A DNA stretch of 64,000 bases. Source: Octopus vulgaris (lineage: Eukaryota). The notes beneath the pieces are model-generated. The model saw nothing but the letters and a program-made list of their open reading frames with translations, did not search any database and had not been told where the DNA came from. Position numbers and translations under genes: made by a program. The number at the start of each line of letters is the position of its first letter. Position 1 is the stretch's first letter. The stretch is from assembly GCA_951406725.2 (NCBI GenBank), contig OX597819.1, positions 10,850,001-10,914,000 on the forward strand, written 5' to 3'. This document shows, one piece after another, positions 26,915 to 39,649 of this stretch.

Positions 26915-29625
26915 CAGAGGTTGTGACCATGAGTGGTACTGCTCCTAAGGGGACACTGGGCATGTCGAAGGGGGAAATAGGCTCCAGGGGGCAGTGAGGA
27001 GGAAGTGTAGTAACCTTATTAACATACTATGTTTTACCTATAGTATTAATTATACTACATTTGATAAAACTAGTAATGGTCATTAAAATTAAACGAGAGA
27101 TAAGTATATATCTTGGCTAATTACATGTTTGAACAAGAATAATTAAGTCTTAATGTAATATTTCTGTCTTGAAAATTTGGTTTCAGGCACATAGTCTTAC
27201 TTGTTTTCTTCATATATTGTGATCTCTATTATGTTTTGTTTAGTGATATAATTATGTATCATATAATTGTTGTGTACATTATCCTTTTAACAATTTAGAA
27301 TGAGTGGAAAAAGAAAGTGCTGTCAATACTCGAGTGAATATTTGAAATATGGATTTATTCCATCTATGAATAATAAACAATTACCACTATGTTTGATATG
27401 TGAAAAAATGTTCTCAAATGAAGTCATGAAGCCTTCAAGAATGATTGAACATTTACAAAAAATGCATCCAGATAAAGCTGGAGAAAATGGGGACTATTTC
27501 TGCCAAATGAAAAATAATTTTAAAAAATCATCTTGCTCTCAAAGGGTTGTTTACCAAACAAACCTTGCAAATATGTTGAACAATAAACAATTAATTATAA
27601 CTTCCAAAATTAATTGCAAAATGTAGAAAACCTGATACTATTAGCAAAACTCTTCTCATACCAGCTATAAATTAAATTTTGTATACTCTGATTTGCCCAG
27701 GTAAAAAGTGTTATAACAGCATCACTTCCTCTTAGGAATAGTACAGTAGCAGTAAAAATACATGACATGGTAAAAGATGTGGAGAGTAAACTTTGTGATG
27801 CTTGGAAAAAAATGAAGAATTTTTTTAAAACTTGTTGAGTCAACTTTATGCAACAATGAATCTTTGCTAATAGCCTACATCCATTATGTAAATACAAATC
27901 AGGAAATTATTGAAGAGTTTCTATCAGTTGAAAAAAATGGTGCTTGACACAAAAGGTTGTTAAAAATTTTTTAATGCTAAGAATATTTCTCTCACAAATA
28001 TTATTGCTTGAGCAACAGGTAGAACACCAGCTATTGTGGATTTATAGCACATTTGAAGGAAGCAATTCCACATATGTTTGCAGTTTACTGTGTTATTCAT
28101 CAAAAACACTTGGCTGCAAAACATCTCAGTGGTAGACTACGTAATGTGTTGAATGATGCATTTAAAACAGTAAATTAAATCAAGACCTATTTCCCCAAAT
28201 AACTATCTTTTGGAAGCTTTGCCATGAAAAAGAAGAAAAATTTCGGTGCCTATTGTTTCATTCTGAGATGCAATGGCTTTTAAATAGAAATTGTTTGAAA
28301 CATTTTTATGATCTACTAGCAGTATCGCCCGGTGTTGCTCGGGTTTATAAGGGAAATAACTATATAAGCATTTTTAGAGAGTTATAGCCAAAAAATAGCA
28401 AAAAATGCATTAAAAATGGAAAAAAAATTATGGTAAATTTTTTTTTAAATCGTTGACTCATCGTAGACATTTTTAGAGAGTTACTTTCCTTATATAATAG
28501 CGAAAAAATGCATTAAAATGGAAAAAAATGATGGTAAATTTTTTTTTAAATCGTGGACTCATCGTAGACGTGCGCTAATATGCAGAAGGGCTCGATATGA
28601 ATCACGACTATAAGATATCCGGTTTTGGTTAAACTGCACCGCAAAATGTGGGCGTAGTTAGGAATCTAAATCGTAGGAAACAGACACACAACTTGACTTT
28701 TATATATAAAGATGATACTGTTTTAGAATTTCTTCATTCATATGGTGAGGACATGTGTAATAAACTAAGCAACAAAGAGTTGACGTTGTATATCTTTCTG
28801 ATATTTTCATTAAATTGCAAGGAAATAATATGAATTTAATTAAAGCAAAAAGAATTATAAATGCATTTATCAGTAAATTATCATTTAACAAAAAGATTAT
28901 TGAGGAGAGATTTTTTTACAGTTCCCAAACCTGCACATAATAGAAAAAGAATGAAAACAGTTTAATATTAGTTACAGATATAGATTGCTTAATGTTCTCA
29001 TGTGCAAATGCTGAAAGAAGACTTAAGGATAAGGTTTAAAGATTTTACTGATCTTAAAGTATCTGAGTGGGTCATAAATCCATTTCTTTCTGATGTCTCT
29101 TCTGCTCATCCAAGTTTACATAAAGAAATTATCAACTTAAAAAATAATTTTGAGGCTCAAGTATATTTTCAACCTTTTGGTTATGAATCATTCTGGCCTA
29201 AAATGCAAAGCAAGTATTCTCAACTTTGGGTAAGAAATTATTGTCCATTGATTTTTTTCTTCATATTGTGTCACAGCTGATGACTAAGCAACAAAATAAA
29301 CTTGCAATAAATCAAAGAAGAGACTTATCACTTCTTTTGACTAACATTGAACTTTGATATAAAAAATTTTGCTCGATTTCATCAGGCACAGGGAAATCAT
29401 TAACTTGCAATGTATGAAGTAAATTTACAACTTTTGTCTTCGTTAATTTCTTATCATTTAAAAAGCCTATGCAATCCATTTTTTGGTAAAATTTACAAAT
29501 TATCATCTATGTTAAGTTAGTTTAGTCAAGATACCTCACTCACCACTTTGGTGGGTGCGAAGTATAACAAACTACTTAAAAAGGGAAGCTACAAAAACAA
29601 AAACAAATAAGGTTAAGAACCACTG
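26915..29625 (+). mobile_element. Decayed hAT (Buster/Charlie-type) DNA transposon
   Basis: ORF at 27300 has a BED finger (YLKYGFI...PLCLICEKMFSNEVMKPSRMIEHLQKMHP); C-terminal RFKDF...WVINPF...FW...KYSQLW; right end GGTTAAGAACCACTG followed by atcTAgta. The left end CAGAGGTTG is less certain. Confidence 0.85.
28316..28712 (-). mobile_element. Non-autonomous Helitron nested in the hAT
   Basis: On the minus strand it starts TC and ends CTAG after a CCCGAGC/ACCGGG hairpin; inserted between A and T with no TSD. Confidence 0.85.
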
Positions 29626-30089
29626 ATCTAGTAGAATAGTTTTATTTCTTGATGTATGTAAAAATAATTATTTATTCAGAAGATTATTAAGAAGAATATT
29701 ATATATTATAACAAAATAAAAAGTTTTTTGAATACTTTTGAGTATATACCAAATTTTACTACAATAGAGGGAGGAAAAAGAAATTACAGAGAAATAGTTT
29801 AATATTTATAAATATTATATACTTAAATACTAACTTATTAGATGGTATCTATGTAGATTGATCAATTGGTATTTACTGGTATTTAATAAAGGAGTACTGA
29901 GATAAAAGAACATGCTAATCATCATCATCATCATCACTATATATTAATTAAATTGTAATCTAAGCAGTATATTTTAAGTAGTGAAGATACTAGTATTGTT
30001 TTATATAAGCTAAGTATGAATTTATAGGGATTCAAAAATTAGATTTATTTTATAAATAAATTTAATTTAATTAGATTCTATGTCTTTGT

Positions 30090-30173
30090 GCAGCTGAGGA
30101 TTGCTCTGCATTTAAATTGATGTAATGATTACATTGTTCAATTAAATGGAGTTGCATGAAGCGATCACACTAC
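30090..30173 (+). ncRNA. Degenerate minimal hammerhead motif
   Basis: GCAG-CTGAGGA-long hairpin-GAAGC-GATC-ACA-CTAC; core mutated. Confidence 0.45.
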
Positions 30174-30231
30174 TTTACCTCTGGATGTCCTTGTTGCTTA
30201 TTTTGATTATATATATTATATATATATATAA

Positions 30232-30394
30232 CTTATAAAATAAGGGCAAAAGAAAAATTCTAATGCCGAATATGCCGAAAAAAAGACAAAATTGTCAATA
30301 ACCATTATAATTAATTATAATGGTTATTGACAATTTTGTCTTTTTTTCGGCATATTTGGCATTAGAATTTTTCTTTTTGCCCTTATTTTATAAG
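30232..30394. repeat. Spacerless palindrome with arms of about 81 bp
   Basis: Centred at 30312/30313; one mismatch and one 1-nt indel. Confidence 0.95.
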
Positions 30395-30520
30395 ATATTT
30401 ATAAATTTAACCTTTAACGGTATTTTTTGATATGCTGGCCATTGATAAAATTTTTTTTTAGTAAAAAAAAATAAAAAAAAATTTTATCCTACATTAGTTG
30501 TGTGTATATATATATATATA

Positions 30521-30832
30521 TCATCATCATCATCATCATCGTTTAACGTCCGCTTTCCATGCTAGCATAGGTTGGACAGTTCAACTGGGGTCTGGGAAGC
30601 CCGAAGGCTGCACCAGGCCAGTCAGATCTGGCAGTGTTTCTACAGCTTGATGCCCTTCCTAACGCCAACCACTCCGAGAGTGTAGTGGGTGATTTTATGT
30701 GCCACCGACACAGGTGCCAGACGAGGCTGGCGAACGGCCACGCTCGGATGGTGTTTTTACGTGCCACCGGCACGGAGGCCAGTCAATGCGGTACTGGCTA
30801 CGGCCACGTTCGGATGGTTTTTTGTATGTGCC
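30521..30832 (-). mobile_element. RTE 3' end with minisatellite
   Basis: (CAT)n on the + strand, then CTTTCCATGCTAGCAT...GATGCCCTTCCTAACGCCAAC. Confidence 0.85.
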
Positions 30833-30872
30833 ACCACAAAACTACAAATTCCATTAATGTTCATCGAGTTTG

Positions 30873-30930
<58 letters not shown>

Positions 30931-31062
30931 ATATACATATACACACATATACATATACATGTATACCTATATTTCTCATATAATGGATTTGAAAAACTAT
31001 AATGTATAAAGATGTGATATGTGTTGTCTATTTGTCCCATAATTATACGTTAATTTTTAGTG

Positions 31063-31135
31063 CCCTTGCTGATGAGAACACGCATAACAAATTATTTTAT
31101 TTGTTCATTAATGTTCGAAATCTAGGTACAAGTGG
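31063..31135 (+). ncRNA. Minimal type-I hammerhead ribozyme (intact core)
   Basis: CTTG-CTGATGA-GAACA...TGTTC-GAAA-TCTAGG-TA|CAAG. Stem I is CTTG/CAAG; stem II is 5 bp plus inner AACAAAT/ATTTGTT; stem III is palindromic; GUA cleavage triplet. Confidence 0.7.
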
Positions 31136-31399
31136 TAACTATTGGAAATGTTTTTATTTTTCATCCCCTTCCAAATTACTCTTAACCGTAGTTTGGGCTT
31201 TGACTGTTCCTTTTAGTATGTAAGGTGTCCTGTTTAGGGTCACTTCTCTTGTGTATAACTCAACACTAATTTTATAGGGAAAATATGTTGTGTATTGACT
31301 ATTTTATGCATGCTAGCCACCAGTAGAAAAATTTCTCTAATTTTCCTACTGTATATATATTTTCTATATATACGTATATATACATATATATATGTACAT

Positions 31400-32782
31400 G
31401 TGGGTAGTGGTACTTCAGGGAGTGACGACCCTGCCTGACACGAGTCCCCGGCTCAGCTGGCTCCAGCTGACAGTACCCGGTATGGGCCCCTATCCAGGGT
31501 TATGGAAAGGAGACAACCTTCAAAGAAATTCGGCGTGGAGCCCCGAAGGTGGTTTAGTGTTCAACTTGACACTCTTCCGGCAGCTCCTGCAACCAAGTTG
31601 GTGCCAAACGTAATGCTCTGCACTCCTTTGGACTACATCAGCAAGGTTGAGAGAAGAATCCTGACGATTGGGCTACCCAGGATTTTCTTATTTCTAGCCC
31701 AGGCCTGCGCAAAACTGGTGAAGACACTTCAGTCTGCTGTAAAAAGTGACAAAAAAAACATGGGAGGTAGCAGTCATGAGTGATAAGTCCATTCAGATTG
31801 GTGTAAGATATGGGTGCTATACAGGTTACCTCTGACGGTGGGATTGACCCCCATGTCCCATTGGTTAGCTACTTCCCACCTCAAGCTGGGCAGCCCCCAG
31901 TTAATAAGGTTCTGACCCACCACAGGCCACCTGCTTCATTGGGTGCTTGGAGCTAAGAGTTTGACTTGAAAAACGGCCTGCAACCTCTGCACCAGGCAAA
32001 CAACTAAAACACAAGAAACCACCAGTCCTGCGGTTAGCAAGTTGGAATGTCAGGACCATGTGCCCTGGCGCATCTGATGAGCTACTCAGGGTTGAAGACA
32101 CAAGAAAGATGGCCATCATTGACTGTGAACTAAAGAGGCTTAACATAGACATTGCTGGACTGCAGGAGACAAGACTACTCTCAAACGGCAAACTCAAAGA
32201 ACAGGATTTCACCTACTGTTGGCAGGGAAGAAATCCAGAAGAACCTCGTCAGCATGGTGTTGGCTTTGCAGTGAGAAACTCATTACTCTCCTCAATAGAA
32301 CCACCATCAGGAGGCACTGATCGTATCCTCTCACTGTGCCTCTTGACTTCTTCTGGTTCAGTACATCTACTGAGCATCTATGCTCCCACTCTCTACAGCT
32401 CAGAGGAGACCAAGGACCAGTTCTACAAAGATCTCAACTGTGTCATTAGAAATATACCAACCAATGAAAACATCTACCTTCTAGGAGATTTTAACGCTCG
32501 CGTAAGATCTGACCATGATTCATGGCCCATTTGTGTTGGACACTTTGGTATTGGCAACATGAATGACAATGGTCAGAGACTACTTGAATTTTGCACATAC
32601 CATAACCTGTGCATCACCAACACATTCTTTGCCAACAAGACATCCCACAAGGCATCTTGGAGACATCTAAGATCTCACCACTGGCATCAGCTGGATCTCA
32701 TCATTACACAAAGATCTTTTCTGAATTCTGTTCAACTGACCTGTAGTTACCACAGTGCGGATTGAGACACAGATCATTCACT
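31400..32782 (+). mobile_element. RTE (BovB-like) LINE 5'UTR plus APE endonuclease, 3'-truncated
   Basis: Open frame LASWNVRTM...IDIAGLQETRL...HGVGFAV...SIYAPT...LLGDFNARV...WHQLDLII...HSAD. Confidence 0.9.
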
Positions 32783-33369
32783 AAAAAGAAGCCAAAAGAA
32801 GCATTTGACCCAGACTACATTCTTCCAACTGTTAAACATAGAGGCGGATCTGTGATGATCTGGGGGGGGGGGGGGGCTATATCTTGGAAATCCACCAGCC
32901 CAGTGGTTTCCCTTCATTGCAGAATTAAAAGTCAAGACTATTTAAGCATTTTATCTGATCAAATTCATCCTATGGTTGTGGAATTGTTTCCGGAGGGAAA
33001 CGCAATCTTACAAGATGATAATGCCCCAATTCACACAGCTAAAGTTGTTACTGAATGGCACGAGAAACATTCTAGTTAAGTTGAACATCTTATCTGGCCA
33101 CCACAGTCCCCAGATCTCAATATTATTAAACATTTATGGTGCCTTTTAAAAAACAAGGAGTCAATATCCTCTACCATCAACACTACAAGAACTACAGACT
33201 GTTTTAGCTGAAGAATAGACAAATGTTCCTTTGGAAACAATTCAAACTTAGTACAAGTCCATACTTTGTAGAATTCAAGCTGTAATTACTGCCAAAAGTG
33301 GTCCTACACCATATTAGAATAAATTTGTTTGAAATTTTAAGGTGTTTCCATTATTTTGTGCAACCACTG
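32783..33369 (+). mobile_element. 3' half of a Tc1-like (DD36E) element
   Basis: PTVKHRGGSVMIWG, QDDNAPIH, WPPQSPDLNII; right TIR ...ATTTTGTGCAACCACTG|TA; same family as 52022-53277. Confidence 0.88.
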
Positions 33370-33379
33370 TATGTATGTG

Positions 33380-33447
<68 letters not shown>

Positions 33448-33942
33448 CATATATATATGTATATATAAGCATATGTATATGTGTGTGTGTATATATATAT
33501 ATTGTTGCTATTTGGCCAAATGCATTTTTTCAATATTTTTGCCTGCAATGGCCAGTTCTGTTGGTCAAACTACCATATCTCCAGCTGCTTCTGATGCCAA
33601 GATATCAAAAATTGTCAAAGTGTAGTACAATGGTTTTGCTATGGAATGGTGAAACTATTTTCTCAGTTTCTGAAAAAGCAATGTTTTGGACTTATGTCAC
33701 TTTTGCATTATAGCAACGATATATATATATATATACACACACATATGCATATACATATATATATATATATATACAAAATGAGAAAATGGAGAAACATACT
33801 TAAATCAATCAATCATCAACCATCAGATAATACCCAATCAATACTTTATTACACCATTACATAACAGCAATGACATTATACATAATATATTGCAAATATA
33901 ACTAGACATGGAAATAGAAATATAAAATACAATTACATCATA

Positions 33943-34053
33943 TCTGACAGCTGTTTCGGCAGTGAAGACAAGTATGTCTCATTTAACCTATTAGCCATAT
34001 AAAGCAGGTATAAATGAGACATTAACAAGGATGTCTCACGGCCTCTTCAGAGA
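33943..34053 (-). ncRNA. Minimal type-I hammerhead ribozyme with extended stem II (intact core)
   Basis: Minus strand TCT-CTGAAGA-GGC...GCC-GAAAC-AGCT-GTC|AGA; stem II includes the 12-bp ATGTCTCATTTA/TAAATGAGACAT. Confidence 0.72.
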
Positions 34054-34362
34054 ATTTAATATAAGTGTGAAAAAAGTTTACATATAAATATAAAAATATA
34101 AAATATAAAAATGTGTGCATAGACACTCATAATTCTACACATATATATATACACATTAATACAATAATACAATATAAACAAAATATATCAGTATACATTA
34201 ACAAATACAGTTATTTTCCATATTGGACTCCTAGTTCCATAACTAACATCAAGGAAATACATGTACACTCACATTTAAATTTAAAGCAGACATATATATA
34301 TAAAACAGTCCAGTTCATTAAAATGTATAACCATACAAAAAGTCAATAAAATTAATATTAAT

Positions 34363-34403
<41 letters not shown>

Positions 34404-34475
34404 TAACAACCATGAATTTACCATGTAAAGCAAGTGGACATCTACATATCAATAAGTCTAATTCATCTGTCCGCT

Positions 34476-34538
<63 letters not shown>

Positions 34539-35001
34539 CACCATGGTAGTGGTTGAATATATTCTTAAGTTCACCATTTCCTCAATCACAGCAGCTTCCA
34601 AGCTTCACCACTAATTCAGTTCTCAACTAAATTGCAAATTGTTAACAATTTTAAAGAGGATACCTCCTCAGCTACACCTTGGCATAAATAGTTTGAGATT
34701 TGGTTCAGTAGAGAAAAAGTTACATCAAAATATCTGTGACCTGAAGGGGCGGCAGTAAGGCAGGTATTCATCTTCAATTAACATAAACTTTAAAATTTTA
34801 AATTAAAAGTATACCTTTCTTAGGCTTAAATGATAGAAAAATGCAAGAGGAATTCAGAATCACTAATCGCATTGAACCAAAATAGTAGGAAAAGAGTTAT
34901 GAAGTAAAATGTTACAAAATTTCATATTAGTAAGGAAGTAAGGGAGTAACGCTTCAGCAATAAGAATAAAGAATACATTTCTAAAATGAATGCTTACCTT
35001 C

Positions 35002-35615
35002 TAAGGCGGCGAGCTGGCAGAAACGTTAGCACACCGGGTGAAATGTGTAGCCGTATTTTGTCTGCCATTATGTTCTGAGTTCAAATTCTGCTGAGGTCGA
35101 CTTTTCCTTTCATCCTTTCGGGGTCGATAAATTAAGTACCAGTTACGCACTGGGGTTGATGTAATCGACTTAATCCGTTTGTCCTCTCTGTGTTTAGCCC
35201 CTTGTGAGTAGTAAAGAAATAGGTATTTCCTCTGTCTTTACATTTTTTTGGTTCAAATTTTGCCAAGGTAGACTTTAACATATAGAGTGTTTAATTCATT
35301 TTTTTTAACTAAACACTTTCAAACTTCCAATACTGGTAGAATATGTCACGTAGAACAGGGTTTATTCTTAATGTTTTTTTACAAAATTTTGAATTTTAGA
35401 AGTGTTATTTCGTCTGTCTTTGCGTTCTGAGTTCAAATTCTGCTGAAGTCGACTTTACCTTTCATCCATTTCGGATCTATTCAACTAGACATACAGATTA
35501 TTTAATTAATTTATTTTAACTAAACACTTTCAAAGTTCTGATACTGGTAGAATGTGTCACATAGAATAGGGTTTACTCTTAATATTTTGGACAATATTTT
35601 GTATTTTAGAAGTTT
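35002..35615 (+). mobile_element. SINE-B followed by partial tandem re-duplications
   Basis: Full head at 35002; B-box fragments repeated; an approximately 120-bp unit (TTTAACTAAACACTTTCAAA...TTTTAGAAGT) is duplicated. Confidence 0.75.
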
Positions 35616-35715
35616 TTCTGTCAGGAGTTACAGAGTGACAATGGACAAATTCATGTTTGATGAGTGCCAATACACAAAACTCTCAGCTTTTGACTTACTC
35701 TCTAACTTCTGCCAA

Positions 35716-36118
35716 TGATGATGATGATCATCATCATCATTTAGCGTCCACTTTCCATGCTAGCATGGGTTGGACGGTTCAACTGGGGTCTGTGAAGCTG
35801 GAAGGCTTCGTCAGGCCCAGTCAGATCTGGCAGTGTTTCTACGGCTGGATGCCCTTCCTAACGCCAACCACTCCGTGAGTGTAGTGGGTGCTTTTTACGT
35901 GCCACCTGCACAGGTGCCAGACAGTGCTGGCAAACGGCCACGAACTGATGGTGCTTTTACGTGTCACCGGCACGGGGCCAGGCGATGCTGGCAACGGACA
36001 CGAACGGATGGTGCTTTTACGTGCCACCGACACGGGGCCAGACAGAGCTGGCAAACGGCCACGAATGGATGGTGCTTTTACGTGTCACCAACACGGGGGC
36101 CAGGCGAGGCTGGCAACA
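35716..36118 (-). mobile_element. RTE 3' end with about 57-bp minisatellite units
   Basis: Tandem GCTGGCAAACGGCCACG...GATGGTGCTTTTACGTG units. Confidence 0.85.
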
Positions 36119-37153
36119 GACATGAATATCACATATATGTGTAAAAAATCTCATCACGCAATCAAACCAATGAAAGAGCCTCTACCTGGTCACTTGACAC
36201 ACTGAAAATAGCAGCCAAAGTATCCCTAAAAAGACAGTTTGCTGATGACTGGAATGTCTTTGATGATACGTTTGCAGTATTTGAGGCTAAAGAACATTAT
36301 GGTCGATTTCTATATTAACACCCGCATGATTTTCACGAAGAAAAAAAAATTTGATTTTTTGCATGGACTCAAGTACCCTGACCTCTTAATATCCCTTATT
36401 TTAGTTCTCTAAAAATGAGGTGGGTTCCCCCCATCACAATCCTGGAACCATTGGAACCTGTGACTGCCTAATATTGCAAAATTAGGTTACTTACGGTGAG
36501 CCTGGTGGTTTCGGGGGTCATGTTGTTTGTAACTTTTGGTGAGCCATGATGCAACCAACAACATGGTAAAAATCTCTGCCAATTAATTTGGTGTGAATGG
36601 GTAAAATCAAATAATTCAATCACAACATACATTTAAATTAAATACGAAAAAAATTGAAATATTATCATCACTTACATGGAAAAATTGAAATATTATCTTT
36701 CAGTATTTTATAGGGTAAAATCTCAAATTATTAATTGACACATTATTAATTATCTTATAACAGCAATGCCTGGAAAAATCATTTTACTTAAAATATTGCA
36801 GCAAAGAATGCCAGTTCTTCTAATTTATCACTCTTTACAGTTCTCATTCTTTAAATTTATTGTACATAACTGTTCAGCTAATTTGTAAGTTTGTCTAATT
36901 AGTCACTTTTTTCTGTATTTAAGGTAGTAAATTAGCCAAATTCTACTTAAATAAGTATAGTGTTATTTGTAAACTATAATAAAATAAGTTTTAATATTCA
37001 AATTTTAATTTTAGCTGCAATATTTTAAGAAAAAAATTTCTTATTCTTTACTTTACTAGAAGTAATAGCTTGTTTTATACTTTTACAGGTGTAATAACTT
37101 GTTTTGTACTTTTCCACATTTACAATCTTAAGAATATGACGCATTTTTCCATG

Positions 37154-37199
<46 letters not shown>

Positions 37200-37824
37200 A
37201 CTTCTTGTTTGTTTATATATAGGGAAGTAAATATGTGAACTAGTATGATCTCCCGCCCCCCACCTCCCATCCCAAACCTGTTTTAAAAAAATACATTTCT
37301 ATCAACAAACATTCCAAAACTAACTTTATATTTTTTTCTCTGCTATCATCCCCTTTTTTACTCTGCTATCATCCCCTTTTTTATCTTACACCTCATTAAC
37401 ACCCCCCCACACACACACACACCTAAACTCATCTTTAACAGAAAATTACTAAAGCTTCTCTTTATGAAATTAAGATAGTTGTTTCAGAGAATTTGAAAAA
37501 CATCTGACCATCATATTTTTTACTCAAGGTTAACTATTCAAAAGGACCCAGCTGGAGGACACCTTCACAAGCCCCTCATAAAACTCTCCTTAAACACCAC
37601 ACCACCTCCCAACTCCACCCTCAATCAGTTACCTTGTTTTTACCATTCACAATTTTCTTTTGGTTCTTGTTCATCAACATTCCTCTCCCACACTCATTAA
37701 TAAACCCCAGCCCCACCCCAGATATAAATCTCTTATATATATATATAGAATCACACAGCAAAACACAACCTGAGATTTGTTTGACAATCACAACTGATGT
37801 ATGTGAGAAAGTTCTCCAGAAAAG

Positions 37825-38200
37825 TTACCAACCACATGGTTCCGGGTTCAGTCCCACTGCGTGGCATCTTGGGCAAGTGTCTTCTACTATAGCCTCGGGC
37901 CGACCAAAGCCTTGTGAGTGGATTTAGTAGACGGAAACTGAAAGAAGCCCGTCGTATATATGTATATATATATATGTGTGAGTGTATGTTTGTGTGTCTG
38001 TGTTTGTCCCCCTAGCATTGCTTGACAACCGATGCTGGTGTGTTTACGTCCCTGTCACTTAGCGGTTCAGCAAAGAGACCAATAGAATAAGTACTGGACT
38101 TACAAAGAATAAGTCCCGGGGTCGATTTGCTCGACTAAAGATGGTGCTCCAGCATAGCCGCAGTCAAATGACTGAAACAAGTAAAAGAGTAAAAGAGTAA
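37825..38200 (+). mobile_element. SINE-A, 5'-truncated
   Basis: Starts at TTACCAACCACATGG. Confidence 0.88.
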
Positions 38201-38313
38201 GGAATCTTTAAAAAATCTCTTCATTGAAGTTAACAAAGAACTTACTAGATCTAAAAACCACGCTGTAAAATTATATTATTAGAAAATTAAATTGATTAGA
38301 ACTACCAGTGAAA

Positions 38314-38353
<40 letters not shown>

Positions 38354-38842
38354 ACACACATACACACCTTGATGCTGTAATGTATTATTCCAACTCAATC
38401 CTAATTCATTCTCTCTTCAAAAATCGAACTAGTAACTTCCATTATCCTTTGCCATGGATTATCATCAATTCTTCACATATGGAACTGTTAATGGATTTTA
38501 TCTTTTACCTATAACTTTGTCAATTCTTTGATAGCGGAACTACCAAAAGCATCCACTTTCCTTCTGGCCTTTCCTTCCTTTTTCTGCAAACTGGAAAGTA
38601 CTAGTATCCTGTTTGAGGATATAATCTTCATTTCTATATATTTTCACTTCTCTCTCTCCAATGATGGAATACTTAGCTTACTTGGAATCCTTAATCAATA
38701 TAATGATCCACATGTTTGGCTAATCTAGAAACAGCTGTAAAAGACTTCATTTTTTTAAAGATCTTAACTATTCTGCACTATATCTATATTCTCTATTTAA
38801 ATTACATGTTTTTTGAGTGGTACCAAATATTTTGCTTTTTCG

Positions 38843-39156
38843 TGCAGGTGGCACGTAAAATGCACCATCCGTTCGTGGCCGATGCCAGCCTCGCCTGGCC
38901 CCCGTGCCGGTGGCACATAAAAAGCACCATCCGATCATGGCCGTTTGCCAGACTCGTCTGGCACCTGTGCCGGAGGCACGTAAAAAGCACCCACTACACT
39001 CATGGAGTGGTTGGCGTTAGGAAGGGCATCCAGCCGTAGAAACACTGCCATATCAAACTGGGCTTGGTGCAGCCTTCTGGCTTCCCAGTCACCGGTTGAA
39101 CCATCCAACCCATGCTAGCATGGAAAGCGGACGCTAAACGATGATGATGATGATGA
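38843..39156 (+). mobile_element. RTE 3' end with minisatellite
   Basis: Same family; (GAT)n tail. Confidence 0.85.
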
Positions 39157-39649
39157 TTTTCCATTTTAAATTGTGCATGTGTGTGTGTGTGTGTGTGAAG
39201 AAAGAATACAGATGGCTTAAAGTTCACTACAGCAGTATCAAACATGTTTTTTTATTGATGAATAATTCAATTAATTACATCATGTAACAAACGTTTTCTT
39301 CAGGTGAAATGAAATTTAAAATTTGGTTCAGAGAAAAAAATACCAAAAAGTGGAATGTGGATTGATTCCCTCATTTTGGCAACAAATAAGAAAATGAAAA
39401 CATACCAATGTTTTGCCAGATTTCAAATGTCTATGGGTCATGAAACAACCCGTAGACAATGCTACATGAAATTAGATGGTCATATATAAAGGACAAGAGG
39501 AAGACAGAGAGAAAACAATAGGGAGGAGAGGTGAAGTGAGGCTAGGCTAATAGTTGTCAGCTTGTGTAGTGAAAATTATTAACAACTGACCTACTGACAA
39601 CCAAACAAGAACATTTATGATAGCACATACCTACATTCATATCATTCAC

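Noticed and set aside
27300-27626. Domesticated ZBED/SCAND3-like host gene
   Set aside because: Multiple stops and frameshifts, a retained TIR and a Helitron insertion indicate a dead transposon.
31400-31960. HDV-like ribozyme in the RTE 5'UTR
   Set aside because: Known for some RTEs, but I could not trace the nested double pseudoknot by eye; it needs a descriptor search.
35880-36118. CRISPR-like repeat array
   Set aside because: It is a eukaryotic tandem minisatellite in an RTE 3'UTR; the intervening segments are homologous, not unique spacers, and there are no cas genes.
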